DNA from: Candidatus Latescibacterota bacterium | GTDB taxonomy: Bacteria; Latescibacterota; UBA2968; GCA-2709665 | Reading direction: 5' to 3' | DNA length: 64,000 bases | Assembly (NCBI GenBank): GCA_963667175.2 | Contig: CAXXXF010000015.1 | Coordinates: 704,001-768,000, forward strand | In this document: one piece after another, positions 49,202-58,861 of the stretch | Position numbering within the stretch: the first letter of the stretch is position 1 | Layout of the letters: the number at the start of each line of letters is the position of its first letter | The notes under the pieces: generated by a model | Told to the model about the DNA's origin: nothing | The model's input: the letters and a program-made list of their open reading frames with translations, nothing else | The model's database searches: none | Program-made: the position numbers and the translations under genes

Positions 49202-50292
49202 GCAAACGATTTTGCTTCCTCGCCGTCCTGCTGGTCTCTTTTCCCGACGTTTTGTCCGGCGCCGGCCTCGTCGTTGGCCGCGTCACCAACGAGACGTACT
49301 CCAAACCCCAACAGGACTGCGTGGTAATGCTGATTCGCCAGGCCGCCGAACCTGAAATCGTCAGTCAGGATACCACCGATGAACAAGGGCGATTCTCGTT
49401 CCGGGACGCGGGCGGCGATGACGCACTCTGGTTTCTTACTGCGGCCTATGAGGGCGTCAAATACGTCCAGCAACTCTCGGACGGCCCCAATGAAATCGCC
49501 GTGTACGAAACCACCGACTCGGACACAGCCCTCTCCGTTGTCTCCCACCACATCATCGTGTACACGGCCGAGAAGCGGGTCCGGCAGATCCTGATCGTTG
49601 AGAATACCGGCAACCGCACGTTCAGGACCGGCGAGGGGCATGGACATGGCCTGGAGGTTTTCCTGCCGGAAGGCATAACGGACGTGAGGGAAGGGCCGCA
49701 GGGTCTTCACACCCACGGCGAGATCGTCGTGAATCCGGATCCCGTTCGACCGGGTCACAGCCAGCTCCTGTTTGCCTTTGACATGCCCGCTTCCGGGCGT
49801 CTTTCGCAGACGGTGAGCTATCCCACCGGTACCGTGGACGTCTTCGTCACGCCACCCGAAGCGGACGTCAGTACCGGCGCGCTTCAGGACAGAGGCGAGG
49901 ACACGTTTGGACAGCATAGCTTTCGGAGGTTCTCGGGCGCCGGCTTCAACCGGGGCGACCGGATCGATCTGGAAATCAACGCGTCGCCGTGGTCTTTAAC
50001 GGGCGCATTCGCCGGGCGAAACCTGATATGGGTGTTGTCCGGCCTGGCAGTCGGCTTTGCGATGCTTGCCGCCTTCCTTCGACCTTCCGGGAAGCACGGT
50101 TCTCCCGAGTCAACGCAAACCGAAGGCCAGCCGGACCTCCTCGCGCGCAGAAATGCCCTGGTTCACCAGATCGCGGACATGGATAACCGATACGAGCAGG
50201 GCGCGCTTTCGGATGGAGAGTATCAGGCCCGGCGGAATGCCTTTAAAGCGGAGCTTGTGGAGATGACCCGCATTGTGGATGGGGAGGCGTAG
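49198..50292 (+). CDS. Exported beta-rich membrane-anchored protein in the ccm operon
   Basis: Signal peptide, GRVTN...TTDEQGRFSF, late TM, IADMDNRYEQGALSDGEY tail. Confidence 0.7.
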   Translation: MSKRFCFLAVLLVSFPDVLSGAGLVVGRVTNETYSKPQQDCVVMLIRQAAEPEIVSQDTTDEQGRFSFRDAGGDDALWFLTAAYEGVKYVQQLSDGPNEIAVYETTDSDTALSVVSHHIIVYTAEKRVRQILIVENTGNRTFRTGEGHGHGLEVFLPEGITDVREGPQGLHTHGEIVVNPDPVRPGHSQLLFAFDMPASGRLSQTVSYPTGTVDVFVTPPEADVSTGALQDRGEDTFGQHSFRRFSGAGFNRGDRIDLEINASPWSLTGAFAGRNLIWVLSGLAVGFAMLAAFLRPSGKHGSPESTQTEGQPDLLARRNALVHQIADMDNRYEQGALSDGEYQARRNAFKAELVEMTRIVDGEA

Positions 50293-50297
50293 GCGTT

Positions 50298-51038
50298 GTG
50301 GCCCCGCCCCCTCCGGCCATCGTTCTCGAAGACGTGGAGAAACGGTTCGGCCGCCTCGCAGCCCTGGACGGCATCGATCTCAACCTTCAAGGCGGCGCGC
50401 TCGCCTTGCTGGGGCCGAACGGGGCCGGCAAGTCCACCCTTCTGCGACTTGTTGCGACCCTGTCAAGACCCACGCGCGGCCGGATTCTCATTCGGGGCAG
50501 AGACGCCCGCAAGGAACCGGAACGCGTGCGGGCCGACGTCGGCCTGATCTCACACCAGACCTTTCTCTACGAGGATCTGACAGCTGGCGAAAACCTGCGT
50601 TTTTATGGCCGTCTGTACGGTCTGGACGACCTCAAGGAACGGGTGCGAACGGCGCTGGAGGACGTCGGCCTTTCCGGCAGGGAACACGACCGTGTCCGTG
50701 GGTTTTCCAGGGGGATGAAACAGCGCCTCGCCATTGCCCGGGCAACGCTCCACCATCCCACGATACTTCTTCTCGACGAGCCGTTCGCGAGCCTGGATAC
50801 CGCTGCCCGCGCCATGTTGAGCGACCGGCTGCAACGCCATCGCCAGGAGGGGCGAACGGTCATCCTGGTGACCCATGATCTGCATCGGGGCCTTGATCTT
50901 GCGGATCGTTTCGCGATCCTGAACCGGGGGCGGTTCGTGGCGAGGGGAGAAACCCGGGGGCTCTCGCTCGATGCGATGGAACGTCGTTATGAGAACGCCA
51001 TAAACCAACACTCTTTCGCAATCGGGACGTCCGGATAG
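50298..51038 (+). CDS. ccmA: Heme exporter ATP-binding protein
   Basis: GPNGAGKST, FSRGMKQR, LLLDEP; ccm context. Confidence 0.88.
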   Translation: MAPPPPAIVLEDVEKRFGRLAALDGIDLNLQGGALALLGPNGAGKSTLLRLVATLSRPTRGRILIRGRDARKEPERVRADVGLISHQTFLYEDLTAGENLRFYGRLYGLDDLKERVRTALEDVGLSGREHDRVRGFSRGMKQRLAIARATLHHPTILLLDEPFASLDTAARAMLSDRLQRHRQEGRTVILVTHDLHRGLDLADRFAILNRGRFVARGETRGLSLDAMERRYENAINQHSFAIGTSG

Positions 51039-51098
51039 TTGCGGACCACAATTCCGCCCGCGTCTGAGGTCCGGCGCAACGCCGGAACGGGAGTATCC

Positions 51099-51779
51099 TT
51101 GGCTTTTTTCTTCCGTCAGGTTTCTGCTGTTTTCTGGAAAGATTTCAAGACCGAGTTTCGCACCAGAGAGCGACTCAGCGCCATGTGCTTCTTTGCGTTT
51201 CTGGTGCTTCTCGTCTTTAATTTCGTGTTCACGCCCGATTCTGAAACCATCAGAAACGCGGCGCCAGGCATCTTCTGGGTCGCCGTTACGTTTGCCGGAT
51301 TCATGGTCCTGACACGTTCCTTTATTTCGGAACGCGAAAACGACTGCCTGACGGGCCTGCTGCTATCTCCCGCCGATCGAGGGGCGATCTATCTGGGCAA
51401 GATGCTGGCGAACCTCTGCGCCATGCTCCTGCTCGAGGCCCTGATTCTTCCCCTAATGGCTGTCTTTCTGAATATCGACGTCTGGCAAAACATGCCGCGC
51501 CTGCTACCCGGGCTTCTGCTGGGAACCCTCGGATTCGCCGCCGTGGGCACCCTCTTCGCCGCGATGTCCCTCAAGACCCGGCTCCGGGAGGCCCTGTTGC
51601 CAATGCTTACCCTTCCGGTTCTGGTCCCGGCCCTCCTGGCGGCCGTTGAGTCCTTCCGGGGGGCGCTGGCGGGCGCCTCTCTCTCCGAAATCTCCGGCTG
51701 GACCAACATCGGCGCCGCATTCGCGCTGCTGTTCGTGGCGACTTGCGCGCTCTTGTTCGACTACGTTGTCGAGGAATGA
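51099..51779 (+). CDS. ccmB: Heme exporter permease
   Basis: KDFKTEFR, SFISEREN, REALLPMLTLP; multiple TMs. Confidence 0.88.
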   Translation: MAFFFRQVSAVFWKDFKTEFRTRERLSAMCFFAFLVLLVFNFVFTPDSETIRNAAPGIFWVAVTFAGFMVLTRSFISERENDCLTGLLLSPADRGAIYLGKMLANLCAMLLLEALILPLMAVFLNIDVWQNMPRLLPGLLLGTLGFAAVGTLFAAMSLKTRLREALLPMLTLPVLVPALLAAVESFRGALAGASLSEISGWTNIGAAFALLFVATCALLFDYVVEE

Positions 51780-51780
51780 T

Positions 51781-52485
51781 TTGGGAAAGCGACTGTACCT
51801 CTGGTCCCGTATCCTGGGCGCGCTGGCGCTGATCGGTATGCTGATTGCGCCCTGGCTCGCCCTCGTGTACGCAAGTGTGGAGAGGCAGATGGGCCTCGCC
51901 CAGAAAATCTTCTACTTTCACGTCCCGTCGGCTTTCGCAATGTACGCCGCCTTTTTTCTCGTCTTCGTGTTCAGCATACTGTACCTCGTTCAAAAGAAAA
52001 AAACGTGGGACGTCTGGGCCGCGTGCGCCGCCGAAGTCGGTCTTCTCTTCTGCACGCTCGTGCTACTCACCGGCCCCATCTGGGCGAAGCCCGTCTGGGG
52101 CGCCTGGTGGGTGTGGGACGCACAGTTGACCCTTACCCTGGTCCTCTGGCTGATATTCGTCGCTTACATGATGTTGAAGAGTTACAGCGAAGATCCGCTT
52201 CAGAGCGCCAGATTCCGGGCGGTTCTCGGGATCATCGGGTTTCTTGACGCGCCGCTCATCCATTACTCCACGCGGCTGTGGCGCACCCAGCATCCCGAGG
52301 TTGTACGGGCGGATACGATCGGCCTCCCGCCCGACATGCTGGTCGCGTTCGTCTTCTGCTGTGCCGCGTTCATTGTGCTCGCGGCTGCCATTCTGGCCAG
52401 ACGCGTCTCGCTCGAATTCGCCCGTGACGAGCTCGAATCCCTCAAGGCCGGCTTCCGCGTTTCCGGAACGGAAACCCCGGGCTGA
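51781..52485 (+). CDS. ccmC: Heme exporter/chaperone-loading protein
   Basis: IFYFHVP, TGPIWAKPVWGAWWVWD, WRTQHP. Confidence 0.92.
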   Translation: MGKRLYLWSRILGALALIGMLIAPWLALVYASVERQMGLAQKIFYFHVPSAFAMYAAFFLVFVFSILYLVQKKKTWDVWAACAAEVGLLFCTLVLLTGPIWAKPVWGAWWVWDAQLTLTLVLWLIFVAYMMLKSYSEDPLQSARFRAVLGIIGFLDAPLIHYSTRLWRTQHPEVVRADTIGLPPDMLVAFVFCCAAFIVLAAAILARRVSLEFARDELESLKAGFRVSGTETPG

Positions 52486-52512
52486 ACCGGCGCGTGATTC
52501 CGGAGGAACCCT

Positions 52513-52683
52513 ATGCAACACCTCGGTTACATGGCTGCCGCTTACGCGATCATCTGGGCGGCGATACTCGCCTACTTTCTGGGTCTCGGCCGCCGCGAAC
52601 GCGAAATATGGCGCGAAATCCAGGCACTGCGCGAATCCATCGGCAGACGGGAAGCCGGGGTCGATTCGGGCGAACACAAATAG
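52513..52683 (+). CDS. ccmD: CcmD family small membrane protein
   Basis: GGAGG then MQHLGYMAAAYAIIWAAILAYFLGLGRREREIWREI (56 aa; below the ORF-track cutoff). Confidence 0.8.
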   Translation: MQHLGYMAAAYAIIWAAILAYFLGLGRREREIWREIQALRESIGRREAGVDSGEHK

Positions 52684-52729
52684 ACGGCAGGTCGGTCCGA
52701 AGCCCATCTGACTCCCGAACAAAAGCACT

Positions 52730-53515
52730 ATGGCCGTAAAAAACGCCCGCAAGATCCTTGCGCTTATCAGGAACCGAAAGGCGCGGGAACGCGAACGCCG
52801 GTTCGTTGTCGAAGGCATCCGCCTCGTCGAAGAAGCGTTGCTGTCGGACGTTCCGGTCGAGCAGCTTATCTTCGACAGGGACGCCCTGGAGGCCGACGGA
52901 CGCCTGCAGCAATTTCACCGCGAGGCGACGCGCCGGAATATCAGCGTCCAGCAGACAGACCGCCGCGCGATCAGAAATATGGGCGAACATCAGAATCCCG
53001 AAGGCGTGCTGGGCGTGGTTCGATTTCAGGAGCGAAACAGGGACCGGGCGCTGGACGCAAGTGGTCCTCTCCTTCTCTTCGACCGGCTGCGAGACCCCAA
53101 CAACCTCGGTCTGGTTCTCCGCACGGCCGAAGCCGCGGGCGTTGCCGCTGTCTTCCTTTCGCCCGGTTCCGTCGAACTCTACAATTCCAAGGTTGTCCGC
53201 GCCTCCCGGGGCTCCATTTTTCGCCTTCCCGTCTTTCGAAACGAAGACCTCCCCGCGTTGATCCGGGACCTGCGGAGGCGAGACGTCCGCGTTTCTTCCA
53301 CACAACCGCGGGGTACTCCGTACCACGAAATCAGACACAGCGGCCGGGTCGCCTTTCTGTTCGGAAACGAGACGTCCGGCATCGACCCGGATCTTCAGAA
53401 ACACGTCCACCAATCCATCTCGATTCCGATGGCCGACGGCATGAATTCCCTCAACGTCGCCGTTACAGCGGGTATTCTGCTGTTCAAATACAGAGAACCG
53501 ACCTCGCACAAATAG
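52730..53515 (+). CDS. TrmH/SpoU family RNA methyltransferase
   Basis: FVVEG, DPNNLGLVLRTA, FGNETSG, SLNVAV. Confidence 0.92.
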   Translation: MAVKNARKILALIRNRKARERERRFVVEGIRLVEEALLSDVPVEQLIFDRDALEADGRLQQFHREATRRNISVQQTDRRAIRNMGEHQNPEGVLGVVRFQERNRDRALDASGPLLLFDRLRDPNNLGLVLRTAEAAGVAAVFLSPGSVELYNSKVVRASRGSIFRLPVFRNEDLPALIRDLRRRDVRVSSTQPRGTPYHEIRHSGRVAFLFGNETSGIDPDLQKHVHQSISIPMADGMNSLNVAVTAGILLFKYREPTSHK

Positions 53516-53599
53516 CGCCCGGCGGAATTCCCCCGCCGGGCTCTGCGATTTCTTCTCCCGTTCCGAGTCGTATCCCGGGCAACTGCCAAACATACGCGG

Positions 53600-54709
53600 T
53601 CAACGCTGCTCAGGATCGCCGGCCTTCAATACGCCATCGACAAACGCGTATGCCTGCTCCCGGATATCCGGTGGAAACGCATGTTCCGCGTCGGGGTGTA
53701 CCGCCACCAGACGGCCCGAGGCGCCCAATAGTGCGTATACGGGCGCTGCCGCCTGTACGCAATCTCTAACGCCCGACACTTCGAAATTGCTGTCCCGTGT
53801 GGGCGCGTTGGCGAAAAAGGCCCGGGGCGCGAGGGCGGCAACCACCTCCGTGAAATCAAAAGGCATCCGCTTCGGATTTTTGCCATAGCGCTCGGATATA
53901 CGGGGCATATACCCCGGATGGCTCCAGCCGGTCAGGTCGCCGCTGTAATATTTGAAGAACGAATTGAACCCGCAACTGGACACCACGACCTTCAGCCGCC
54001 GATCGAACGCGGACAGATACATGGAATTGTGTCCGCCCAGGGAATGGCCGATACACCCGGTCCGGCCGCCGTCCACGTCCGGCAGGGACTCAAGCAGGTC
54101 CACGGCACGCATGTGGTTCCAGACCCCCTTCATCGTGGCGCTGGCATATCCTTTTTGATATGGATCGAATTCGTAGTCTCCATAATTCACGTAGTCCGGC
54201 GCCAGTGTCACGTAACCCCTGCGCGCAAGTTCAAGGGCATAGTGCAGATCGGGGATGCCGCCCACGCCCGCGGGTTCGCCTTTCCCGATCTTCGTTGTCT
54301 GGTGCAGGCACAACATTGCCGGCGCCTTGCCGTTCAGGCCCTTCGGGACCAGCAGGTACGCGGGCACGCGGTCGCCCGGTTCCGACACGAAAGTAATTTC
54401 CTTCCTGATCACGTCGCCCAGATCCTCGGTCTCAACGACCTCCATCTCGAGCGCGGGCAGGCTGGAACGGTCGGGCAGGGGGCCCATCACCTCCTCCATA
54501 TTCGCCAGAATATGCGCTCGCCGCTTCTTCCAGTCCTCCGCGTTCGATATCGCCCGCTCCTTGCCCGCTTTGTCCAGGTATACCAGTAGACTCATCTTAT
54601 CCTCATAGAATGGCGGCCTCTGTTCGGCATCTGGAACGCCCACCAGCATCACGCTCGCCAATACCAGCATCAGCGCCCGCCAGGGTAATTTCGTCACAGG
54701 ACACGCCAT
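53600..54709 (-). CDS. Exported alpha/beta hydrolase (esterase-like)
   Basis: VPAYLLVP, GHSLGG nucleophile elbow, late H in AEHAFP. Confidence 0.85.
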   Translation of the reverse strand: MACPVTKLPWRALMLVLASVMLVGVPDAEQRPPFYEDKMSLLVYLDKAGKERAISNAEDWKKRRAHILANMEEVMGPLPDRSSLPALEMEVVETEDLGDVIRKEITFVSEPGDRVPAYLLVPKGLNGKAPAMLCLHQTTKIGKGEPAGVGGIPDLHYALELARRGYVTLAPDYVNYGDYEFDPYQKGYASATMKGVWNHMRAVDLLESLPDVDGGRTGCIGHSLGGHNSMYLSAFDRRLKVVVSSCGFNSFFKYYSGDLTGWSHPGYMPRISERYGKNPKRMPFDFTEVVAALAPRAFFANAPTRDSNFEVSGVRDCVQAAAPVYALLGASGRLVAVHPDAEHAFPPDIREQAYAFVDGVLKAGDPEQR

Positions 54710-54756
54710 TTAAACTACCTCATCAGTATCCGGTTGCGAAAACATGAATGCGCGAC

Positions 54757-55536
54757 TCAACGCGCCGTCCAGCCGCCGTCCACAAACAGCGAAGTGCCCG
54801 TCACGTACGTCGACGCGTCGCTGGCGAGAAACAGGGCGGCGCCGCGGATCTCGCGCATTTCGCCCCATCGATTGAACGCCGTCTGGCTGAGCAGACTCTT
54901 CACCTTGTCGGGCGTCTTCAATAGGGGGCTGTTGATCTCTGTCAGAAAGGGTCCCGGGCAAAGCGCGTTGCACCGCACGCCAAAAGGCGCCCACTCCAGC
55001 GCGAGCGCGCGGGTCATGCCAAGGACCCCGGCCTTGGACGAACAATATGCCGAGCGTTCTGCCAGTCCCACGGCGCTCAACGTGGACCCCACGTTGATGA
55101 CCGAGCCGCTTTTCTGAGAGGTCATGATCGGCCCCGCGGCCTTGCAGCAGAGCCAGGATCCGGTCAGATTGGTCTCGACAACATGCTTGAATTCGTCAAC
55201 CGGAAAACGGTCTAACGGATGCCGGATGTTGATTCCCGCGCAATTGACCAGGACATCCAGCCGCCCGAACCGATCCGTGACCGCCTGTATCAGTTGCAAA
55301 ACGTCATCATCCGACGTCACGTCGACGGCAAGCCCCAGGCTTTCGCGTCCGGTCTGTGCCGCGATCTCCGCCGCAACCGATTCACAGTCCGCCGCGTTTC
55401 TCGAACAGACCACGATCGCGGCGCCCGATTCGGCCAGCGCCAGCGCCATTTCCCTGCCCAGGCCCCTGGATCCACCGGTAATCAGGGCTACTCTCTCATC
55501 CAGCCGAAAAAGATCCAGCGTCTTTGGCTCTTCCAT
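54757..55536 (-). CDS. SDR family oxidoreductase (gluconate 5-dehydrogenase-like)
   Basis: TGGSRGLG, YCSSK, PGPFLT, VDGGW. Confidence 0.9.
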   Translation of the reverse strand: MEEPKTLDLFRLDERVALITGGSRGLGREMALALAESGAAIVVCSRNAADCESVAAEIAAQTGRESLGLAVDVTSDDDVLQLIQAVTDRFGRLDVLVNCAGINIRHPLDRFPVDEFKHVVETNLTGSWLCCKAAGPIMTSQKSGSVINVGSTLSAVGLAERSAYCSSKAGVLGMTRALALEWAPFGVRCNALCPGPFLTEINSPLLKTPDKVKSLLSQTAFNRWGEMREIRGAALFLASDASTYVTGTSLFVDGGWTAR

Positions 55537-55599
55537 ATCCGCCTCCGCAGTTTGCTGTCCAGCTCCTCGAGTCAATTGCTGTTCGAAGCGATTCAACGA

Positions 55600-56703
55600 T
55601 TACAATTCGGCGAGAACCGTACGCAATATCCCTGCGAACAACAGCCTCTCTTCCGGCGTTCCCACCGTTACCCTGAAACACCTGTCCAGAGGCGCCGCCA
55701 TCGGTTTTCGCACAAATGCGCCGTGCCGTTGCAGCGTCTCCAGAATCGTATTCGCGCGTTCTGCCGTTCCCGCGTCGAACGCCACGAAATTCGTGGCTGA
55801 GGGCAACGTGGGCAAACCGAGACCTGCCCCCAGCCGCGCATAGTCCTCCCGCCCTTCCTCAACCGAGTTCACGACGCTGGCCACGAATTCCGTATCTTGT
55901 AGCGAGGCCAGCGCCCCCGCCTGCGCGACGCGGTTCACGCCATAGTGGTGGCGCACCTTCTCAAGCGCCTCTACCACGACCGCGTCCGCAATAGCGTATC
56001 CGATCCGTGCCCCGGCCATCCCGTGCGCCTTCGAGAACGTGCGCATACGAATGACGCGCGGCCGGATTGGCGCCATCGGCAGCGGCGGGTCCTGGATGGA
56101 GAACTCCGAATACGCCTCATCCAGAATCAGCAGGCACCGCTCGGGAAGCGATTCTTCAAACGACCGGATGTTCGCCGCCGTAAGCCATGTGCCCGCCGGG
56201 TTGTCCGGATTCGACAGGTACGCCAATCTGGCGCCGGTCTCGGCGGCTGCCCCGGCCAGCCCCTCGAGGTCATTTCTGTCGCCCCGGTAGGGCACGAAGC
56301 GCAGGAGGCCGCCGAACCCCGACACGTGGTAGTTGAAGGTCGGGTACGCTCCCAGAGACGTCACAACGGTATCACCGGGCGCCACGAAGACCCGCACGAC
56401 AAGGCCCAGCAGATCGTCGATTCCACTGCCAACACTGACGTTCTCGAACGGAACGCCGTGGAATCCGGCAATTGCGGCGCGGATTTCGTGGTTTTCAGGA
56501 TCGTTGTACCAACTCACCCGCTCGACCGCCCGGAACATGGCCTCACGCGCCAGCGGCGAAATCCCGAAGGCGCTTTCGTTTGCCCCCACCCTCACCCTGA
56601 AGGCCTTTCCGAGCCGGCGCTCAAGGGCTTCGGGCCCCACGAAGGGCACCGATGCCGGCAGGCCGCGAACAATTCGGGTAAATGGAAACCCGTTATCCAT
56701 CAT
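55600..56703 (-). CDS. PLP-dependent aminotransferase, HisC-like
   Basis: GANE, NPDNPAG, LDEAY, RTFSKAHGMAGARIGY. Confidence 0.88.
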   Translation of the reverse strand: MMDNGFPFTRIVRGLPASVPFVGPEALERRLGKAFRVRVGANESAFGISPLAREAMFRAVERVSWYNDPENHEIRAAIAGFHGVPFENVSVGSGIDDLLGLVVRVFVAPGDTVVTSLGAYPTFNYHVSGFGGLLRFVPYRGDRNDLEGLAGAAAETGARLAYLSNPDNPAGTWLTAANIRSFEESLPERCLLILDEAYSEFSIQDPPLPMAPIRPRVIRMRTFSKAHGMAGARIGYAIADAVVVEALEKVRHHYGVNRVAQAGALASLQDTEFVASVVNSVEEGREDYARLGAGLGLPTLPSATNFVAFDAGTAERANTILETLQRHGAFVRKPMAAPLDRCFRVTVGTPEERLLFAGILRTVLAEL

Positions 56704-56738
56704 CCGGACTCCGTGGACACGAAGATACGGCGGCGCCC

Positions 56739-57239
56739 TCAAAAACGGATGCGGAACCGGATGCGGAATTCAAGGCCTTCCTCTCTGGATCCATGAGGCG
56801 CCCCCCAGTCGACCTGGTCCAGATGCGCATCCACATAGGCATCGCCCATACTGAACAGGATAAGGCCAATCGTGGTATATAGAAAGATATTCCGTTCCGG
56901 TGACGCGTCGGTCGACCTGCGCTGATTCAATTGGCTTCGACGAACAAAAAACGCCGCCGTGGAACTCACCTGCGCGGCAGCGATCAGGCTTCCCTTTATG
57001 GGCCGGCGGTTATAAAACTGCCCCCATCCGGGCAGCGCCAGCGACCGCAACATCGCGCTCCGCGCGGCCCGGGTTTCGCGGATACTGTCCACGGCCGACG
57101 AATCCGGGCTTTCCGCAGCTGCAGGTACGACCCACGTGAGAATGACCATTCCAGCCACGAACGCCAGAATCCTGGCGCCGAAACCCCCCGATCCGAAGTC
57201 GCGGTTCCTCGCTTGCAGGCCCTGTGCTTCACGATTCAT
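56739..57239 (-). CDS. DUF5683-like membrane protein
   Basis: AMLRSLALPGWGQFYN...DAYVDAHL. Confidence 0.7.
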   Translation of the reverse strand: MNREAQGLQARNRDFGSGGFGARILAFVAGMVILTWVVPAAAESPDSSAVDSIRETRAARSAMLRSLALPGWGQFYNRRPIKGSLIAAAQVSSTAAFFVRRSQLNQRRSTDASPERNIFLYTTIGLILFSMGDAYVDAHLDQVDWGAPHGSREEGLEFRIRFRIRF

Positions 57240-58174
57240 GCTCCGATCGCCAATCTCGCCGCGCCCAGAATCCCGGCGTCGTCTCCAAGCATACCCGCCA
57301 CAATCTTCACCCTCTCCTTCACGCCGACCGTACCGCGTTCCTGAAACGTCTTTCTTACCGGCTCAAAAAGCCACTCTCCCGCGCGCGCCATCCCCCCGCA
57401 CAACGCCACCACCTCCACGTTCGTCACACTGACAAGGCTCACGAGCCCAATCCCCAGCAACCTGCCCGTCTCCTCGAACATCGCGCGCGCAAACCCGTCA
57501 CCGGCCTCCGCCGCCTCGAATATCGCCCGCGTCGTCAGACCCTCGGCGATCAACGGGGTTTCCGGCGTTTCCGTGATCAGCCGTTCGCGTGTCCGCTTCA
57601 CCATCGCGGTCGCGGAAACGTAGAGTTCCAGACAGCCATAATTCCCGCAGGGGCAGCGGGGTCCGTTCCAGTCGATGGTAACGTGGCCCACCTCGGCCGC
57701 ATTGCCGTTGAACCCGTGCATCAATTCGCCGTTGCATACCCAGCCCCCGCCCACGCCGGTGCCCAGCGTCACACACAAAAAATGGGGCGCCTTCCTGCCG
57801 GCGCCCCGCCACTGTTCGCCAAAAGCCGCGAGATTCGCATCGTTGTCCACAACCACCGGAATTTCGAGCGCCGCCTCCAGCCGGTCTTTCAGGCGCACGC
57901 CGTGCATGCACGGCATGTTCTCCGGAGAAATGATGACGCCGTTAAAGGGATCCAGCGGGCCGGGCGCCCCGACGCCGACGCCGCGTACTTCGGTTCCGCC
58001 GCCTTCCCGAAGCACCTGCCTGACGCACGTCGCGATTCCTGCGATTACACGATCACTGCCCAGGTCGGGGCGGGTGGGGCATCGGAACCGGGAGACGATC
58101 TCTCCCGCGTCCGTCACCAGGCCCGCGCGCGTGTTGGTTCCGCCCAGATCGACGCCAACCGTCAGCGCGCTCAC
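57236..58174 (-). CDS. ROK family sugar kinase (glucokinase-like)
   Basis: GVDLGGT, DNDAN, TLGTGVGGG, EVGH, CPCGNYGCLE. Confidence 0.93.
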   Translation of the reverse strand: MSALTVGVDLGGTNTRAGLVTDAGEIVSRFRCPTRPDLGSDRVIAGIATCVRQVLREGGGTEVRGVGVGAPGPLDPFNGVIISPENMPCMHGVRLKDRLEAALEIPVVVDNDANLAAFGEQWRGAGRKAPHFLCVTLGTGVGGGWVCNGELMHGFNGNAAEVGHVTIDWNGPRCPCGNYGCLELYVSATAMVKRTRERLITETPETPLIAEGLTTRAIFEAAEAGDGFARAMFEETGRLLGIGLVSLVSVTNVEVVALCGGMARAGEWLFEPVRKTFQERGTVGVKERVKIVAGMLGDDAGILGAARLAIGA

Positions 58175-58812
58175 ATTTCCGCCCGAGCCTGTTTCACGGC
58201 GTCCACGAACGCCCGGGCGGTCGCCGTCAACTTCGCCCAGTCCCTGTCTGCCACCGCCTGTTTATCCACCATCGCGCTTCCGGCGCCCACCGCGCACGCG
58301 CCGGCCTTGATGAATTCCGGGGTCGTCCGGGCGTCGACACCGCCGGTGGGCATCAACCGAACCTGCGGAAGCGGTCCTTTCACGTCTTTGAAATAAGAAG
58401 GTCCGCCAACGCCCGCGGGGAAGACCTTCACCACGTCGGCGCCGGCCTGCCACGCGGCAAGAATCTCCGTAGGCGTGAAGCCCGCCGGCATCACCACCTT
58501 TCCGTATCGCCTGGCCATTGTGATCACATCCACGTTCAGCGTGGGCCCCACGACGTACTCGGCGCCCGACAGAATGGCCGCGCGAGCCGTCTCCGGATCC
58601 AGGACGGATCCGACGCCCACAATCGTATCCTCCATTTTTGCGGACGCCTCCTCGATGACCTTGAGCGCTCCCGGCACGGTCATGGTCACCTCGATGGCAA
58701 CCACGCCTCCTTCCCGCAGGGCTTTGGAGACATCCATCAGTTCCGCGGGTGAATCCGCCCTCAACACCGCCACCACGCCACAGTCGATGATTCGATCCAG
58801 CACACCGGCCAT
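58171..58812 (-). CDS. eda: KDPG/KHG aldolase
   Basis: VVAVLR, IEVT, TPTEI, VKVFPA, MPTGGV. Confidence 0.92.
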   Translation of the reverse strand: MAGVLDRIIDCGVVAVLRADSPAELMDVSKALREGGVVAIEVTMTVPGALKVIEEASAKMEDTIVGVGSVLDPETARAAILSGAEYVVGPTLNVDVITMARRYGKVVMPAGFTPTEILAAWQAGADVVKVFPAGVGGPSYFKDVKGPLPQVRLMPTGGVDARTTPEFIKAGACAVGAGSAMVDKQAVADRDWAKLTATARAFVDAVKQARAEM

Positions 58813-58861
58813 TCGATATTCTCCTCTGTCAGTTCGACCTCAGGCGGCTCGTCCGGCGATC

